From assembly GCA_965205265.1 (NCBI GenBank), contig CBDBGH010000003.1:5056001-5120000 (forward strand): a DNA stretch of 64,000 nt, written 5' to 3'. This stretch comes from Alphaproteobacteria bacterium (GTDB taxonomy: Bacteria > Pseudomonadota > Alphaproteobacteria > Bin95). The notes beneath the pieces were generated by a model that was given only the letters and a program-made list of their open reading frames with translations, had not been told where the DNA came from and made no database searches. The position numbers were made by a program, and so were the translations under genes. Of this stretch, positions 1-9,957 are shown piece by piece; the first letter of the stretch is position 1; each line of letters opens with the position of its first letter.

Positions 1-930
1 TTCGTTGACTTCGAGCAAGGCCCCTTCGCCTGCCGAAAAGACAATGCGGGCTTCGGCGTCGATGTCCTGGCTCCAGCGGGGGAAATGACAATCGACAACG
101 CGCCGCGCGATTTGCTGGAGAGCGCGCCTGAATGTCATGTCATCCAGATCGCGCCGTTCCCCGAGAACCACGTCGAACATGCCCCGGACGGTTATGGCGT
201 CAAGGTTGACCTCCGGGTCGGGGCCATCGGCGGCCGCAACCATTGCCATATTCCCGAGGTGGACCCTCTCACCCGGGTCGCGGCTTTCCAGGAAAACGGA
301 GATGGTATGGATGCCGGCGTCCTGCATCGCCTCGGTAAGGCAGGCGAGATTGTGACGATGGCCCTCCTGCGCCAGACGCCGGTGAGCGGCCTCGCGGGGT
401 TCGTTGCGAATTTCCTCGTCCGAAAGCGGGGCAAGCAGCGGGGTCTGTTTCCAGGCCTCGGACGTCCACTGGAGGTCGGCCCGTTGGAGCCGGATGTCCG
501 CTTCGTTCGTGCGGACGGTGATTTCGGCCTCGCCGCCGAAGTCCTCGGACCAGCCGGAATACGATGCGTCGAGCACCTCGTCCAGAGTGTGTTGCAGCGC
601 CTCCACGAAGCTGAGCGAGGACATGGGTAGCCGGGCCCACCGGCCCGACTGCCCGTGAACCAGTTGCTGGAGGCCCGACACGGTGATCTGTGGCGGCCGG
701 TCCGTCAAAGGCTGGCCCGAGGCCGGAACATAACGGACCGGGCCGACGGTCACGTTGCCTTCGTGGCCGGAAATGCAGGCCTCGATCTCGGCTATGCCCG
801 CAATCTGCATGAAGCTCGTCAGCACCGCGAGATTATGGCGGGCGATGACGGCGGGGAGATCGTCGTCGGTCGCGGGGCCCGGTGGAGTCCTGAAATAGTG
901 GGCTTCGGAGATGCTGCGTTCGCTGGGCAT
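1..930 (-). CDS. DUF6878-like paralog (two divergent domains), 3' end runs off the window
   Basis: Translated by hand from ATG at 930 (GAGGA upstream): MPSERS...HNLAVLTSFMQIAGIAEIEACISG...YSGWSEDFGGEAEITV...HNLACLTEAMQDAGIHTISV...FPRWSQDIDAEARIVF. Same motifs as the 4.8-16.5 kb paralogs; absent from the ORF track because there is no stop in the window. Confidence 0.7.
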   Translation of the reverse strand, partial: MPSERSISEAHYFRTPPGPATDDDLPAVIARHNLAVLTSFMQIAGIAEIEACISGHEGNVTVGPVRYVPASGQPLTDRPPQITVSGLQQLVHGQSGRWARLPMSSLSFVEALQHTLDEVLDASYSGWSEDFGGEAEITVRTNEADIRLQRADLQWTSEAWKQTPLLAPLSDEEIRNEPREAAHRRLAQEGHRHNLACLTEAMQDAGIHTISVFLESRDPGERVHLGNMAMVAAADGPDPEVNLDAITVRGMFDVVLGERRDLDDMTFRRALQQIARRVVDCHFPRWSQDIDAEARIVFSAGEGALLEVNE

Positions 931-995
931 GTCAGCGGTCCTCGGTCAGGGCGTCGGCGCGTCATGATGCGGCGAAGCCGTGAAATGCCGAAACC

Positions 996-2027
996 TCATG
1001 GGCCGTCCGGCCCGGCCGGTTCGCGGGCTCCGGAAGGGAAGGCCAGTTTGACGCCCAGCACCTCCGCCAGAGGGGCCAGGGTCCGGGAAAGGTCCGGACC
1101 CGGGCCTTCCGGACCGATCTGGCCGAGTATCTCCTCCGGAACGGCGACGACGGTCTGTCCGTCGGATCCGTCCTCCAAGCGGATGGCGTGGAGTCTGTCC
1201 TCGAGACCGGGCGAAAGCGCCGGAAGCGCGGCCCGGAATTCGTCGCGGATCCGGGCGCGCAGAAAGCCGTCGCGCCATTGAAGCATCCGGTCTTCCCCGT
1301 AGGTCCGGGACATGAAGTCCATGGCGTCGAGGGCCGCCTGTTGCGCCTCTGGCTCGCCGACCCGGATGGCCAGGTCGAGCAGCGAGAGCGGTGCGCGCTC
1401 CCGGATGACCTCGCGCACCGGTTCCAGCTTTTCCCAAACTTCCCGGGGCGCGCCCCCGTAGGGAACGCCGTCCCACACGAAGACCTCGTGCCAGATATCG
1501 CCGACCCCGACCCGGGGACGTTCGGTCGGCGGGAGCAGGATACAGTATTCGCCGGGCGCATCGACGGGCTCGAACCCGTCGATATTGCCGCGGTTCACGC
1601 CGGACAGGGCACAGACGGCCGTGAATGCCGGGATGCCGCCGTCCCCGAACAGCGGCACGGAAGGACCGTGCCCGGGTTCGTTCAAACAGCCGACCAGCGG
1701 CATGGTTTCGTCGAGCCAGGAACGCAGGCCCCTCACGGCCTCGCGGGACCGCCACAGGATATCGCCGACCGGGCCGTGCCAGTCGAGGTCCCGGCTTCCC
1801 GGGTCCAGGCCCGCCTCGGCGCCCTCGAGATCGCCGGCGGCGTCGAGAAGCCGGATGTTCTGGTCGCCGGTCCGGTCGACATAGTCGTCCATGACCCTGT
1901 TCAGCGCCCGGACGTCCTCGAGGCCTGTCTGCTGCGAGCGCCCGATCGTGCCGTGCAGGCACTCTTTCAGGCGTTCCGTAGGATCGGCGGCGGTCGAGGC
2001 GGCGGCTATCGTCGAGGCTCTGGCCAT
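996..2027 (-). CDS. hypothetical protein with C-terminal ...GPDGP tail
   Basis: 343-aa ORF with protein-like composition; tandem operator upstream at 2064-2091. Confidence 0.7.
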   Translation of the reverse strand: MARASTIAAASTAADPTERLKECLHGTIGRSQQTGLEDVRALNRVMDDYVDRTGDQNIRLLDAAGDLEGAEAGLDPGSRDLDWHGPVGDILWRSREAVRGLRSWLDETMPLVGCLNEPGHGPSVPLFGDGGIPAFTAVCALSGVNRGNIDGFEPVDAPGEYCILLPPTERPRVGVGDIWHEVFVWDGVPYGGAPREVWEKLEPVREVIRERAPLSLLDLAIRVGEPEAQQAALDAMDFMSRTYGEDRMLQWRDGFLRARIRDEFRAALPALSPGLEDRLHAIRLEDGSDGQTVVAVPEEILGQIGPEGPGPDLSRTLAPLAEVLGVKLAFPSGAREPAGPDGP

Positions 2028-2063
2028 GCGGAGAGGCTCCTTCGGCAGGGCAAAAGTATATGC

Positions 2064-2091
2064 GTATTCGATTGTCCGGACAATCCGCTTG
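2064..2091. promoter_or_regulatory. tandem palindromic operator copy 1
   Basis: GTATTCGATTG-tccgga-CAATCCGCTTG in an intergenic gap. Confidence 0.55.
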
Positions 2092-2114
2092 TTGCGGCTG
2101 TCGGAGTCGGGGCT

Positions 2115-3107
2115 CTAGAAGAACGGCGGTTCGTATTCTTCCTCGGGCAGCGGTTCGCCGGCGTCCAGGGAGCGCCAGATGTCTTCAGAGAACCGGCTGC
2201 GCGACGGGATGGAAAGGATAGCGGGCCGACGGTCGGCATCCTTTCCTACATAGACGCTGGTCGCGAGCCAGTCGCTTTCGGCTTCCGGGTCGTCGGTCTC
2301 TATCCACCACACCTTGCCGGCCGGCAGATGGTCCGGGCGCCAGTGATAGCCGCGGTCCTTCATGACCTCGCGCGCCTGGAACGGGGCGCCTTCCGCGCAG
2401 ACCAGCCAGCGCGGCGTCTTGGCGGCGGTGTACATCTCCGCGAACAGGGGATGGCCGTCCGGCGACCGCCGTGTCAGGAGTCCGAGGACCGCCCGGCAAT
2501 CCTCGAGGGCATCGTGCGGGTTGTAGAAGAACCCGAATTCGGTGGCCAGACTCTCGAGGCTGCGGGAATTGAAGCCGTGGTCCTGCCACGCGATATCCTC
2601 CAGCGAGCAGGCCCAGGAACGATTCCTGAAGACGGGCCAGTGTTTTTCGACCATGGGCCGGTCAAAGGAGGCGTGATGGGCGACAATGATGTCCGCCTGT
2701 TCGACCAGGGTCTGGACCTTGCGGGTGTTGACGCTCTTTCCCTGAAGCATTTCGGGGGTGATGCCATGAACCGCCTGGGCTGCCGGGTTCATTTCCACCT
2801 TGGGCTCGCGCAGGCCGACATAGGTCGATTTCTCGCCGGCCACGCAGAGGCGGCCGGTCGACGGCTCAAAGGAGAACGGCAGGAGCGCAAGCTGGATCAC
2901 CTCGTCATAGGACAGGTCGGTACCCGTGGTTTCGGTATCCACCACCAGGCCGATCGCCCGGGGGGCTCCGGTAGGCTCGTCGAGCTGCCTGGGAAGTTTC
3001 AGCCTGCGAAGCAATTTCCAGTCTTCGGGACCGGCTTCGGGGTCGGGGCGGATAACGGCGGTGTTCGGGATGGAAAAGATATTGTCGGGTTGCAGCTGTG
3101 CGCCCAT
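2115..3107 (-). CDS. DEDDh 3'-5' exonuclease (DnaQ/Pol III epsilon-like)
   Basis: ExoI VVDTETTG, ExoII AHHASFDR, ExoIII HDALEDC; start placed at MGAQLQ. Confidence 0.9.
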   Translation of the reverse strand: MGAQLQPDNIFSIPNTAVIRPDPEAGPEDWKLLRRLKLPRQLDEPTGAPRAIGLVVDTETTGTDLSYDEVIQLALLPFSFEPSTGRLCVAGEKSTYVGLREPKVEMNPAAQAVHGITPEMLQGKSVNTRKVQTLVEQADIIVAHHASFDRPMVEKHWPVFRNRSWACSLEDIAWQDHGFNSRSLESLATEFGFFYNPHDALEDCRAVLGLLTRRSPDGHPLFAEMYTAAKTPRWLVCAEGAPFQAREVMKDRGYHWRPDHLPAGKVWWIETDDPEAESDWLATSVYVGKDADRRPAILSIPSRSRFSEDIWRSLDAGEPLPEEEYEPPFF

Positions 3108-3289
3108 TCGGTCCTCCGGATTCGGCGGGTCTTGGAGCGAAGCTAGGTCCGGGCGGTGAAAATTCAAAAAGCGAAGGGACGGTGCCGTCGGGCGGAGCTT
3201 GCACCGGAAAGTTTCGGGCTGCACATTATGCGCCCCTCGCTCGCGCCCCTGGGTGCGGGGCGGGGCCGTTGTTTGTCAGCGTCGATCAA

Positions 3290-3491
3290 TCGCCCGAAGC
3301 TGCGGCCGCGAAGCGAGCGGTCTGGCGGCGCCGGAACCCCCGGGGCCGCTCGAAAGTGTTACGGGACAAGGCTTCCAGGTCCGAATTCCGTGTTTGCGCG
3401 CGTCCAGGAAATGCCAGGACGGGTCATATCCGGAGGACCGCTCGAAAACTGGCCGCCCGAGCCTTGTCAGGCAAGGCTTTTCGAGGCGGCT
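3290..3491 (+). promoter_or_regulatory. putative CRISPR leader
   Basis: Non-coding segment directly before the best-conserved repeat; array polarity (conserved at left, degenerate at right) places the leader here. Confidence 0.5.
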
Positions 3492-4260
3492 CTCTCCCCG
3501 GCGTGATCGCCGGGTTCCCATTGAAGTCGCGCGAATCGAGCCGGCAGACCCAGGCATTCGTGAAACTCTCCCCGGCGTGATCGCCGGGTTCCCATTGAAG
3601 TGAGACGAGATGAACAAGGCAGCCTGGGATCGTTACGCACTCTCCCCGGCGTGATCGCCGGGTTCCCCATTGAAGTGCATCCGATTGCGCCAAAGCTCCA
3701 GCGCTTCGGCTCCTCTCCCCGGCGTGCTCGCCGGGGCCCCACATTGAAGTTCGTAGTAACAGACGTTTTTCGGCGGGCCCTTGGTGACCTCTCCCCGGCG
3801 TGCTCGCCGGGGTCCCCATCATTGAAGAAGCCGTCAACAGGATGCCGACGATGACGAGCAGCGCCGTGCTCGCCCCGGCATGATCGCCGGGGCTACCATT
3901 GAAGCGGTCAAATATGCCACCGCATAGCGAGCCCAAGCAGCCCCCACGCCGGCCTGCGGGCCGGATGCATACATTGAAGCCTCGGCAAACGCGTTTCGGA
4001 GCCACCGAATGTTCGGAAGTTTGCCCGGCCTCCGGGCCGGACACATTGAAGCCCTCATATTTCCGCCGCGGCAAGGCCCTCCGGGCAGGGCACTCGCACA
4101 TTGAAGCCGCCCCGAATCCCGGCAAGCTATGGTTCAATCGAAGAGATCTCCCCGGCCTCTGGCCGGGCACACCACACCACACATTGAAGGTAGGCAACAC
4201 CAGGCTTGATTGCCCCCTGGTTTGCCGGCCCCGGCGAAACTGCCGGGGCTCGAATTGAAG
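3492..4260 (+). CRISPR. orphan CRISPR array, ~11 repeats, consensus CTCTCCCCGGCGTGATCGCCGGGTTCCCATTGAAG(T), type I-G/I-C-like
   Basis: Repeats start at 3492, 3566, 3640, 3713, 3789, 3869, with degenerate units ending ATTGAAG at about 3979, 4051, 4106, 4189, 4260; unique 36-40 nt spacers in the first half; a GC hairpin in each repeat. Confidence 0.92.
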
Positions 4261-4353
4261 CAACTGCGCCGCCCGGCGACGGTCGGTTTATGGACGCGGC
4301 GCGCAATGTCGCGTATCTGCGCTGCGGTCTGCCCGTGGCCGGGAGATGCGTAC

Positions 4354-4767
4354 ATGCCGGAATTCTCATTCAGGCTTGAGGACTATGCGCATTTCATCCG
4401 TGCCAACGGATCGGACCGGGACGGGATCTACCGCAAACTGGTGCATGAGATTCCACGGTTCCTGATGGCTCTGCACCCCGACCGTAGAGCGGAGGTTCTG
4501 GCGTCGGCGCCGAGCCTGACAGCAACAGGCTGGGACGCCCTGCTTGCAGGAGTTGCCGAGCATCTTGCCGGCTTGCATGGCCTTCCGGTCCCGGAGTGGT
4601 GCAATGAGCCGGGACGGTTCATCGATCCGGTCTGGATCGTCTGTCCGGCGGTTGCCGAAAGGGCGCGTTTCGCGCCGCCGGCATTTCTGCGCCACGGTGC
4701 CCTGCCGGACCCGATGGATCTCGATGAAAGGGGGGGAGAGGCCGTCCCCTTCCGGCCCGAGCCCTGA
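4354..4767 (+). CDS. antitoxin-like C-terminal domain protein (WDALLAGVAEHLA...PVPEW...AFLRHG), lacking an HTH
   Basis: Resembles the C-terminal part of XRE-type partners of nucleotidyltransferase TA modules; no partner gene adjacent; ends RPEP. Confidence 0.5.
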   Translation: MPEFSFRLEDYAHFIRANGSDRDGIYRKLVHEIPRFLMALHPDRRAEVLASAPSLTATGWDALLAGVAEHLAGLHGLPVPEWCNEPGRFIDPVWIVCPAVAERARFAPPAFLRHGALPDPMDLDERGGEAVPFRPEP

Positions 4768-4791
4768 ACGGACTGCGCGCGCCCGGAACCG

Positions 4792-5532
4792 CTACGGGAT
4801 GACCTCCGCGTCCGCTTCGGGCGGTTCCGGTACCAGGAAGACCGGGAGCTCTCTGGCTATCGACTCAATGCGCCAGCCGAACTCGAATTTGGCAATATCC
4901 GGCGTGACGGTGATCGTGCCGGCGCTGCCCTCGCCGAGCTCCCAGCCTGGATAGTGTTCGTCGGCAACCTCGACGGCGAACGCCTCGCATATGTCGGTGA
5001 GGGTCTCCTTGCCCAGGGAGACCGGGCCCATGTCCGGCGGCGTCGTGGCCAGCAGGTCGCCAAAACCCCGATCTCCGTAACCGCTGACCTGAAGCCGGAT
5101 TTCCATGATGCCGTGCTTCTGCATCGCGTGACGGAGGAGGCCGAGAGGCTCCGCGGTTCCCGTGAGCAGAACGGGAGTCTCGGCGGTGTATTTTTCGTCG
5201 TTCCAGCCGATCTCGAGCCGGGCTTCGTCCGGGGTGACGGTGATCGCGCCGCTGCCGCCATCGCCCAGTTCCCATCCGGGATAGCAGTCGCTCGTTATGT
5301 CCGCCCCGAAATGCTGGCAGAAGTCCTCGAGCGTGCCGCCGTCGATCTCGATGGCCCCGGCCTCCGGGGGATCGATCGCCTCCAGCTCGGCGTGTCCCTG
5401 ATCGTTGTAGCCGTTCACCGCGATACGGACGGTGGCGATTCCATGGGCGCGCATGACGTTCTGGAGGTCGCCGAGGCCGGCCGCCTCGACGGGTTCAGGC
5501 GCTTGCGCCGAAGTGGATTCCTGATGTTCCAT
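4792..5532 (-). CDS. DUF6878-like tandem two-domain protein
   Basis: Two copies of M..HGI..(V/I)...GY.D.G ... YPGWELG(D/E)G..G.ITVTP. Confidence 0.75.
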   Translation of the reverse strand: MEHQESTSAQAPEPVEAAGLGDLQNVMRAHGIATVRIAVNGYNDQGHAELEAIDPPEAGAIEIDGGTLEDFCQHFGADITSDCYPGWELGDGGSGAITVTPDEARLEIGWNDEKYTAETPVLLTGTAEPLGLLRHAMQKHGIMEIRLQVSGYGDRGFGDLLATTPPDMGPVSLGKETLTDICEAFAVEVADEHYPGWELGEGSAGTITVTPDIAKFEFGWRIESIARELPVFLVPEPPEADAEVIP

Positions 5533-5541
5533 GATTCCCTC

Positions 5542-6253
5542 CTATGGCCCATGCTCCGCCCGGGGTTCACCCGGGCCGGACAGGAGCGGGATAATCCGGT
5601 AATCGATTTCCGGGCGGCGCCACGCGAACCGGAGCGCCGCCTCGTCCTGCGTGAGCAGGATTGTTCCCGTGCTCCCGGCCCCGTCCTTCCACCGGGGATA
5701 CAGGGTATCCAGGACGTCGGTCGACAGGCGCTCGACAAAGTCCTGGAACCGGGTGCCGGCGATGTCGCTGTCGGGCGGACGCGGCCAGGGTCCGTCCATG
5801 TCGTCGATCTCGGCATAGCCGTCGCCGCGTCGTCCGTGAAACGCCACTTCCATGCCGGAGATCGCGTTGAGCTGCATCCAGGAGTGCAGCCGCCCGAGAG
5901 CGCGGGCCGTACCGGCCGGCATGCGGGGATGGTCCCGAAGGCCGACGGACTCGATTGCCGCCGGCGCCATCCGGCGCTGTCCGAACTCGATAACCGCGCC
6001 GTCGGCAAGGACGGCAATGCGCCCGTGGCTGCCGTCATTGACCTCCCAGCCGGGAAAATCGGCCTCGATGACGTCCCGGATGACATCATCGGCGAAGGCG
6101 AGGGCAATCCGCTCGAGTTGCGGGTCATGGGTCCCGGAACCGGGCGCGGGCCTGACGACGGATACCTCGCCCTCGTCGCCATAGCCGTCGATCTCGATCT
6201 CCACGATTTCATCGCCGGTCTCGTGCATCCGGTCGCGGAGTGCCGCCAGCCGG
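5542..6253 (-). pseudogene. DUF6878-like two-domain gene, 3' portion; interrupted near codon 15 by an IS21 element (5' end at 10340-10382)
   Basis: Removing the IS and one GCCGG copy restores in-frame MPDADMSDPVCIPRLAALRDRMHETGDEIVEIEIDGYGDEG; RBS CAGGAG upstream of ATG 10382. Confidence 0.8.
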
Positions 6254-6347
6254 TGTTAGCGACGGTTAGGAAGGGCGTTTATTTGCTGGCGCGGAACGGC
6301 CGGTTTGTGCGGCTTGCGAGCAGCGTCGCATGGGTTAGGTGTTGCGT

Positions 6348-7241
6348 TCATCTGATTGGGCGGTCATCGGTTTCGAGCGGCTCGCCGTCGCGGTCACGGA
6401 TGAGCATGTCGTTCCAGTCCTGGTTTTCGAGGGCCGGTCGCATTCGGACGATTCTTGTGTCGTTGTCTTGCATGCGGCGGGCGGCGTGATCGCCGTATCG
6501 TGTAGCGTCCCAGGCACAGAAGATACGGCGCGGGTTCCAGGCCTCGACCCATTTGGGGATTCTGGCCGTGATGGCGCCGGTGGAGACGACGGCGCATTTG
6601 CTGCGTTTTTCCGGGACGAGGTGGAGGGAGAGGATCGACAGGGCGTCGAGGGCGCTGCCGGTGAGGATGACGGTGCCGGGCCAGTCGGGCTCCCATGACA
6701 TCCAGAAGCCGCCGTCTGCGGCCGGCTCCTGCGCTGCGGGGAGGGTCTCTATGCCGACCACCTTGCTGGCGGCGTTTCGGCGGAGGAACACGGGATTGCC
6801 GCGCCGGTCGGCACGGATCAGGCCGAGGCCTCGGCATAGCTCGACGAGCGCGTCGGCGAGGCCGCGCTGCTCGATGAGGTATTGCCGCAGCGCCGGCCAG
6901 CGAGGGTCCTGGCACGAGGGCTCCGCCTCACAGCGACTGTTCGGGAGCCGTGAGTGGCGCGGCAGTTGGGCGAGGAAGTCGAGGGCTTCGGTCGTTGGGC
7001 ATCCGAGCGCATGAACCGCCAGCTGGATGGCCCCGGCGCCTCCCTCTCCGCGCAGATGGTCGTAGAACATGAAGCGGTTGATGGAGAGGACCGAACCGGC
7101 TCGTCTCCAGCGCGCGGCATCGGCGGGATCGCGGCGATAGCCGAGGGCGTGGACCACGTCTTCGAGGGGGCAGCTTCGCAGCCCCTCGGCCCGCAGGCGG
7201 CGATCCCATGGATGCAGATGCTGCACGGCTGGCTCAGGCAT
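6348..7241 (-). CDS. DUF3991/TOPRIM primase-like passenger protein (acidic motifs degenerate)
   Basis: [39 protein letters not shown]; start MPEPAV overlaps the istB end. Confidence 0.7.
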   Translation of the reverse strand: MPEPAVQHLHPWDRRLRAEGLRSCPLEDVVHALGYRRDPADAARWRRAGSVLSINRFMFYDHLRGEGGAGAIQLAVHALGCPTTEALDFLAQLPRHSRLPNSRCEAEPSCQDPRWPALRQYLIEQRGLADALVELCRGLGLIRADRRGNPVFLRRNAASKVVGIETLPAAQEPAADGGFWMSWEPDWPGTVILTGSALDALSILSLHLVPEKRSKCAVVSTGAITARIPKWVEAWNPRRIFCAWDATRYGDHAARRMQDNDTRIVRMRPALENQDWNDMLIRDRDGEPLETDDRPIR

Positions 7242-8019
7242 CCCCCGTGTCTTGCGCCGTGCTCTTGCCCGCTCCTTTTGCCGATCGCCGCCGGCGGCGA
7301 TCGGCGCTGCGCTGCTTCTGGCGTTCCTCGGCCTCCTTGCGGCGGTATGAGTCGCCGTCGATGGCGAGGATCTCGGCATTGTGGACGAGCCGGTCGACAA
7401 GGGCCACGAGGCAGGCGGCGTTGGGGAAGGCCTCGCTCCACTCGGCGAAGGGGCGGTTTGTGGTGATGATGGTGGAGCGCTGCTGGCTGCGGCTTGAGAC
7501 GATATTGAACAGCAGGTCGGCATGACGGTTGGAGTAGGAGAGATATCCGACTTCGTCGATGACCAGGAGGTGCTGGCGGGCGTAGAAGCGCAGCCTGCGC
7601 TGGAGCATTGTGTCGGAGTCGATGGCGGCGAGCTCGCCGAGCAGGCTGGCGGCGGTTGCGAAGCGCACGGTGTGGCCTTCGAGGACGGCGCGGTGTGCGA
7701 TATTGGCGGCGATTGTGGACTTGCCGACGCCGTTGGGGCCGATGAGGACGACATTGGCGCCCTCGCGGAGGAAGTTGAGGGTCATGAGGTCCTCGACGGC
7801 CATGCGGTCGCATCGCCTTGGCCAGTCCCAGTCGAAGTCGGCGAGCGGCTTGAACTGTCCGAGGCGGGCGGCGGTGAGGCGTCGCCTGAGGCTTCGGCTT
7901 CGCCTCTCTTCCTCTTCCCATGCGATCAGGGGCGGGAGCCAGTCGCGCTCCGCAACCTCGCTCCAGTGGGCGAGGAGGCCGTGCAGTCCGAGCGCCGTGG
8001 CGCGGTCCTTGAGGGTCAT
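7234..8019 (-). CDS. istB: IS21 helper ATPase IstB
   Basis: Walker A GPNGVGKS, Walker [28 protein letters not shown]. Confidence 0.95.
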   Translation of the reverse strand: MTLKDRATALGLHGLLAHWSEVAERDWLPPLIAWEEEERRSRSLRRRLTAARLGQFKPLADFDWDWPRRCDRMAVEDLMTLNFLREGANVVLIGPNGVGKSTIAANIAHRAVLEGHTVRFATAASLLGELAAIDSDTMLQRRLRFYARQHLLVIDEVGYLSYSNRHADLLFNIVSSRSQQRSTIITTNRPFAEWSEAFPNAACLVALVDRLVHNAEILAIDGDSYRRKEAEERQKQRSADRRRRRSAKGAGKSTAQDTGDA

Positions 8020-9521
8020 TCTTCGCTGTCCTCCTCGTGGTGGCTTGCGAGCCCGTCGTATCCGCCGAGGTCGTGATCGCGGACCGCGATATCGCGCAGT
8101 CTTGGATCGCCGGGCAGGTCGATGGGGATGGGTGGTGGCTCGTTGCGCTGTTCGCGCCGCCGGTTCAGGCTGAAGCGCACCGCATTGGGATGGGGGACGC
8201 CGCGCTCAAGGGCTTCATCGATGGCGGCTTCGAGTTCGACGGCTCCGTAGTCGTCGAGCAGGCGCAGCAGGGAGGCGACGGTTGTGCCGATATTGCCGCC
8301 GCGCCTGGCGGTCTCGGCAAGCAGGCGCTCGCTGTCGGGGGCGGCCTGGAGAAGGCGGCTCTGCCCGCGCAGGCGGTGGGCGTGACGTTTGAGCCTGACC
8401 AGCTCCTCGATGTGCTCGGGGGTCTCGATGCGGGCCGCCTTGTCGAAGCTGCGCGGATGACGGGCGACGGTGTCGGCGCCGTCGAGGATGCGTACCTCCT
8501 CCAGTGTCGCGACCACGGTGAGGGTGCGCCGCGTATGGGTATGCGGGACGCTATAGTCATTGAGGTCGAACCTGGCGTAGGGGGTCTTGCCGATCCTGAC
8601 CTCGACCCTCTCGTCGACGGGGGGCCGGTCGTCGGGCAGCGCCATCAGGGAGCCGCGCTCGCGCTCGAAGGCCTCGCGCACGGTGAGGGAGCGGTCGTCC
8701 GGCCAGCGACGGTCGGCGGCGACGCCGTCGCACCAGGCGCGGGCCCGGGCGTTCAGGTCGTCGAGGTCGCGCCAGGCGCGGGCGGCGAAGAAGTTGTCGC
8801 GCACATAGCGTATGGCGCGCTCCACGCGCCCCTTCTCGTTGCCGCGCGCGACCGCGACCGGCTTGGGCAGGAAGCGGTAGCGGGCGGCGAAGTCGAGGAG
8901 CCGGGGGTTGAACCGGATGGCGTCGCCCTGGCGCTCCAGCACGACGCTCTTCAGGTTGTCGTACCATAGCTCGCGGGGCACGCCCTGCCAGGCCTCGAAG
9001 GCCTCGACATGGCCGCGCAGGAAGTTGTCCATCGCGGCATTGAGGTAGAAGTGCAGGAAGATGCGGCGCGAGTAGCTCAGCACCATCACGAAGCCCATCA
9101 GCGGGCGCTCCGCGCGCCCGATCCTCACCTTGCCGAAGTGGGCCCAGTCCACCTGGGCCAGCTCGCCGGGCAGGGTCTTGAGGCGCAGATAGGCCTCGGC
9201 CACAGGCCGCGGGCGCTCCGGCGCGATCATGCGCCGGAAGTGGCTCTGGCTGCCCCGGTAGCCGCGCTCGACCGCCATCTGGTAGAGCCGGCTGGCTGGC
9301 AGCCTGGGCCAGACCGCCAGGGTCTGGCGGATGAAGGGCCGGAACGGATCGATCATCGAAGCCCTGCGCCGCCTCTCACGCGCGGGCGCCCCGGCGGCCG
9401 CTACCGCGCGCTCGACCGTGCCGTGGTGGACGCCGAGCTGGCGCGCGATCGTGCCGATCCTCCACTTCTCGGCAAAATACAGCCGCTGGATCTCGGCACG
9501 GGTCTGCTTGTCGATCGCCAT
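8016..9521 (-). CDS. istA: IS21 transposase IstA
   Basis: N-terminal HTH, PGELAQVDW, YDNLKSVV, KGRVER, NDYSVP; start MAIDKQ. Confidence 0.95.
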   Translation of the reverse strand: MAIDKQTRAEIQRLYFAEKWRIGTIARQLGVHHGTVERAVAAAGAPARERRRRASMIDPFRPFIRQTLAVWPRLPASRLYQMAVERGYRGSQSHFRRMIAPERPRPVAEAYLRLKTLPGELAQVDWAHFGKVRIGRAERPLMGFVMVLSYSRRIFLHFYLNAAMDNFLRGHVEAFEAWQGVPRELWYDNLKSVVLERQGDAIRFNPRLLDFAARYRFLPKPVAVARGNEKGRVERAIRYVRDNFFAARAWRDLDDLNARARAWCDGVAADRRWPDDRSLTVREAFERERGSLMALPDDRPPVDERVEVRIGKTPYARFDLNDYSVPHTHTRRTLTVVATLEEVRILDGADTVARHPRSFDKAARIETPEHIEELVRLKRHAHRLRGQSRLLQAAPDSERLLAETARRGGNIGTTVASLLRLLDDYGAVELEAAIDEALERGVPHPNAVRFSLNRRREQRNEPPPIPIDLPGDPRLRDIAVRDHDLGGYDGLASHHEEDSEE

Positions 9522-9522
9522 C

Positions 9523-9957
9523 TCACTCCCTTCGCGCCTGGCGCAGGCCCGGATAGACCGCCAGGCCGCAGAACCGACCGCAGCGCTCGCAGCGGAACAC
9601 CCGGGCGGGACGGTCGGGCCCGAAGGGCCGGGTTCCGGACCGCCCCGCCGGTATGCGCGCCACATCAGGACGCCGGCGCGCGACGGTCAAAGGGTGATGC
9701 GTCACTTTCTGCGCGATGGCCCGAACTGCCGGCTGCCGCACACGGCGCCGTTCGCGGTAGCGCCGCTGGCGCTCGGCATGCTTGTGACGGCCCCGGCGGC
9801 TGTTCTGGTAGCGCTGCCCCGCAAGGCGCACCGACCGACGCCGCGCCCGCCCGCTGCAACGCGGCGAACAGTAGATATGGCCAGAGTCGCAGCGCCGGCA
9901 GAGAACCACCTGGCGGCGGCACAGGGCGCAGGTGAACAGGCGGGCGGCGTTCCTCAT
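9523..9957 (-). CDS. Cys-rich (zinc-binding) basic protein upstream of istA
   Basis: CALC...CRRCD...YCSPRC and C-terminal CERC; inside the IS ends in both copies. Confidence 0.65.
   Translation of the reverse strand: MRNAARLFTCALCRRQVVLCRRCDSGHIYCSPRCSGRARRRSVRLAGQRYQNSRRGRHKHAERQRRYRERRRVRQPAVRAIAQKVTHHPLTVARRRPDVARIPAGRSGTRPFGPDRPARVFRCERCGRFCGLAVYPGLRQARRE

Noticed and set aside
1188-3146. 652-aa plus-strand ORF and other long antisense ORFs (4954-6489, 18208-20061, 28829-30913, 51466-53574)
   Set aside because: Shadow frames of well-supported opposite-strand genes, typical of high-GC DNA; no recognisable motifs
3276-4263. ORFs with repeated peptide motifs over the array
   Set aside because: The repeats are translations of CRISPR direct repeats
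7242-7754. Ser/Pro-rich N-terminal extension of the TOPRIM-like ORF (also 60043-60555)
   Set aside because: Alternative frame of istB; the credible start is MPEPAV at the istB end
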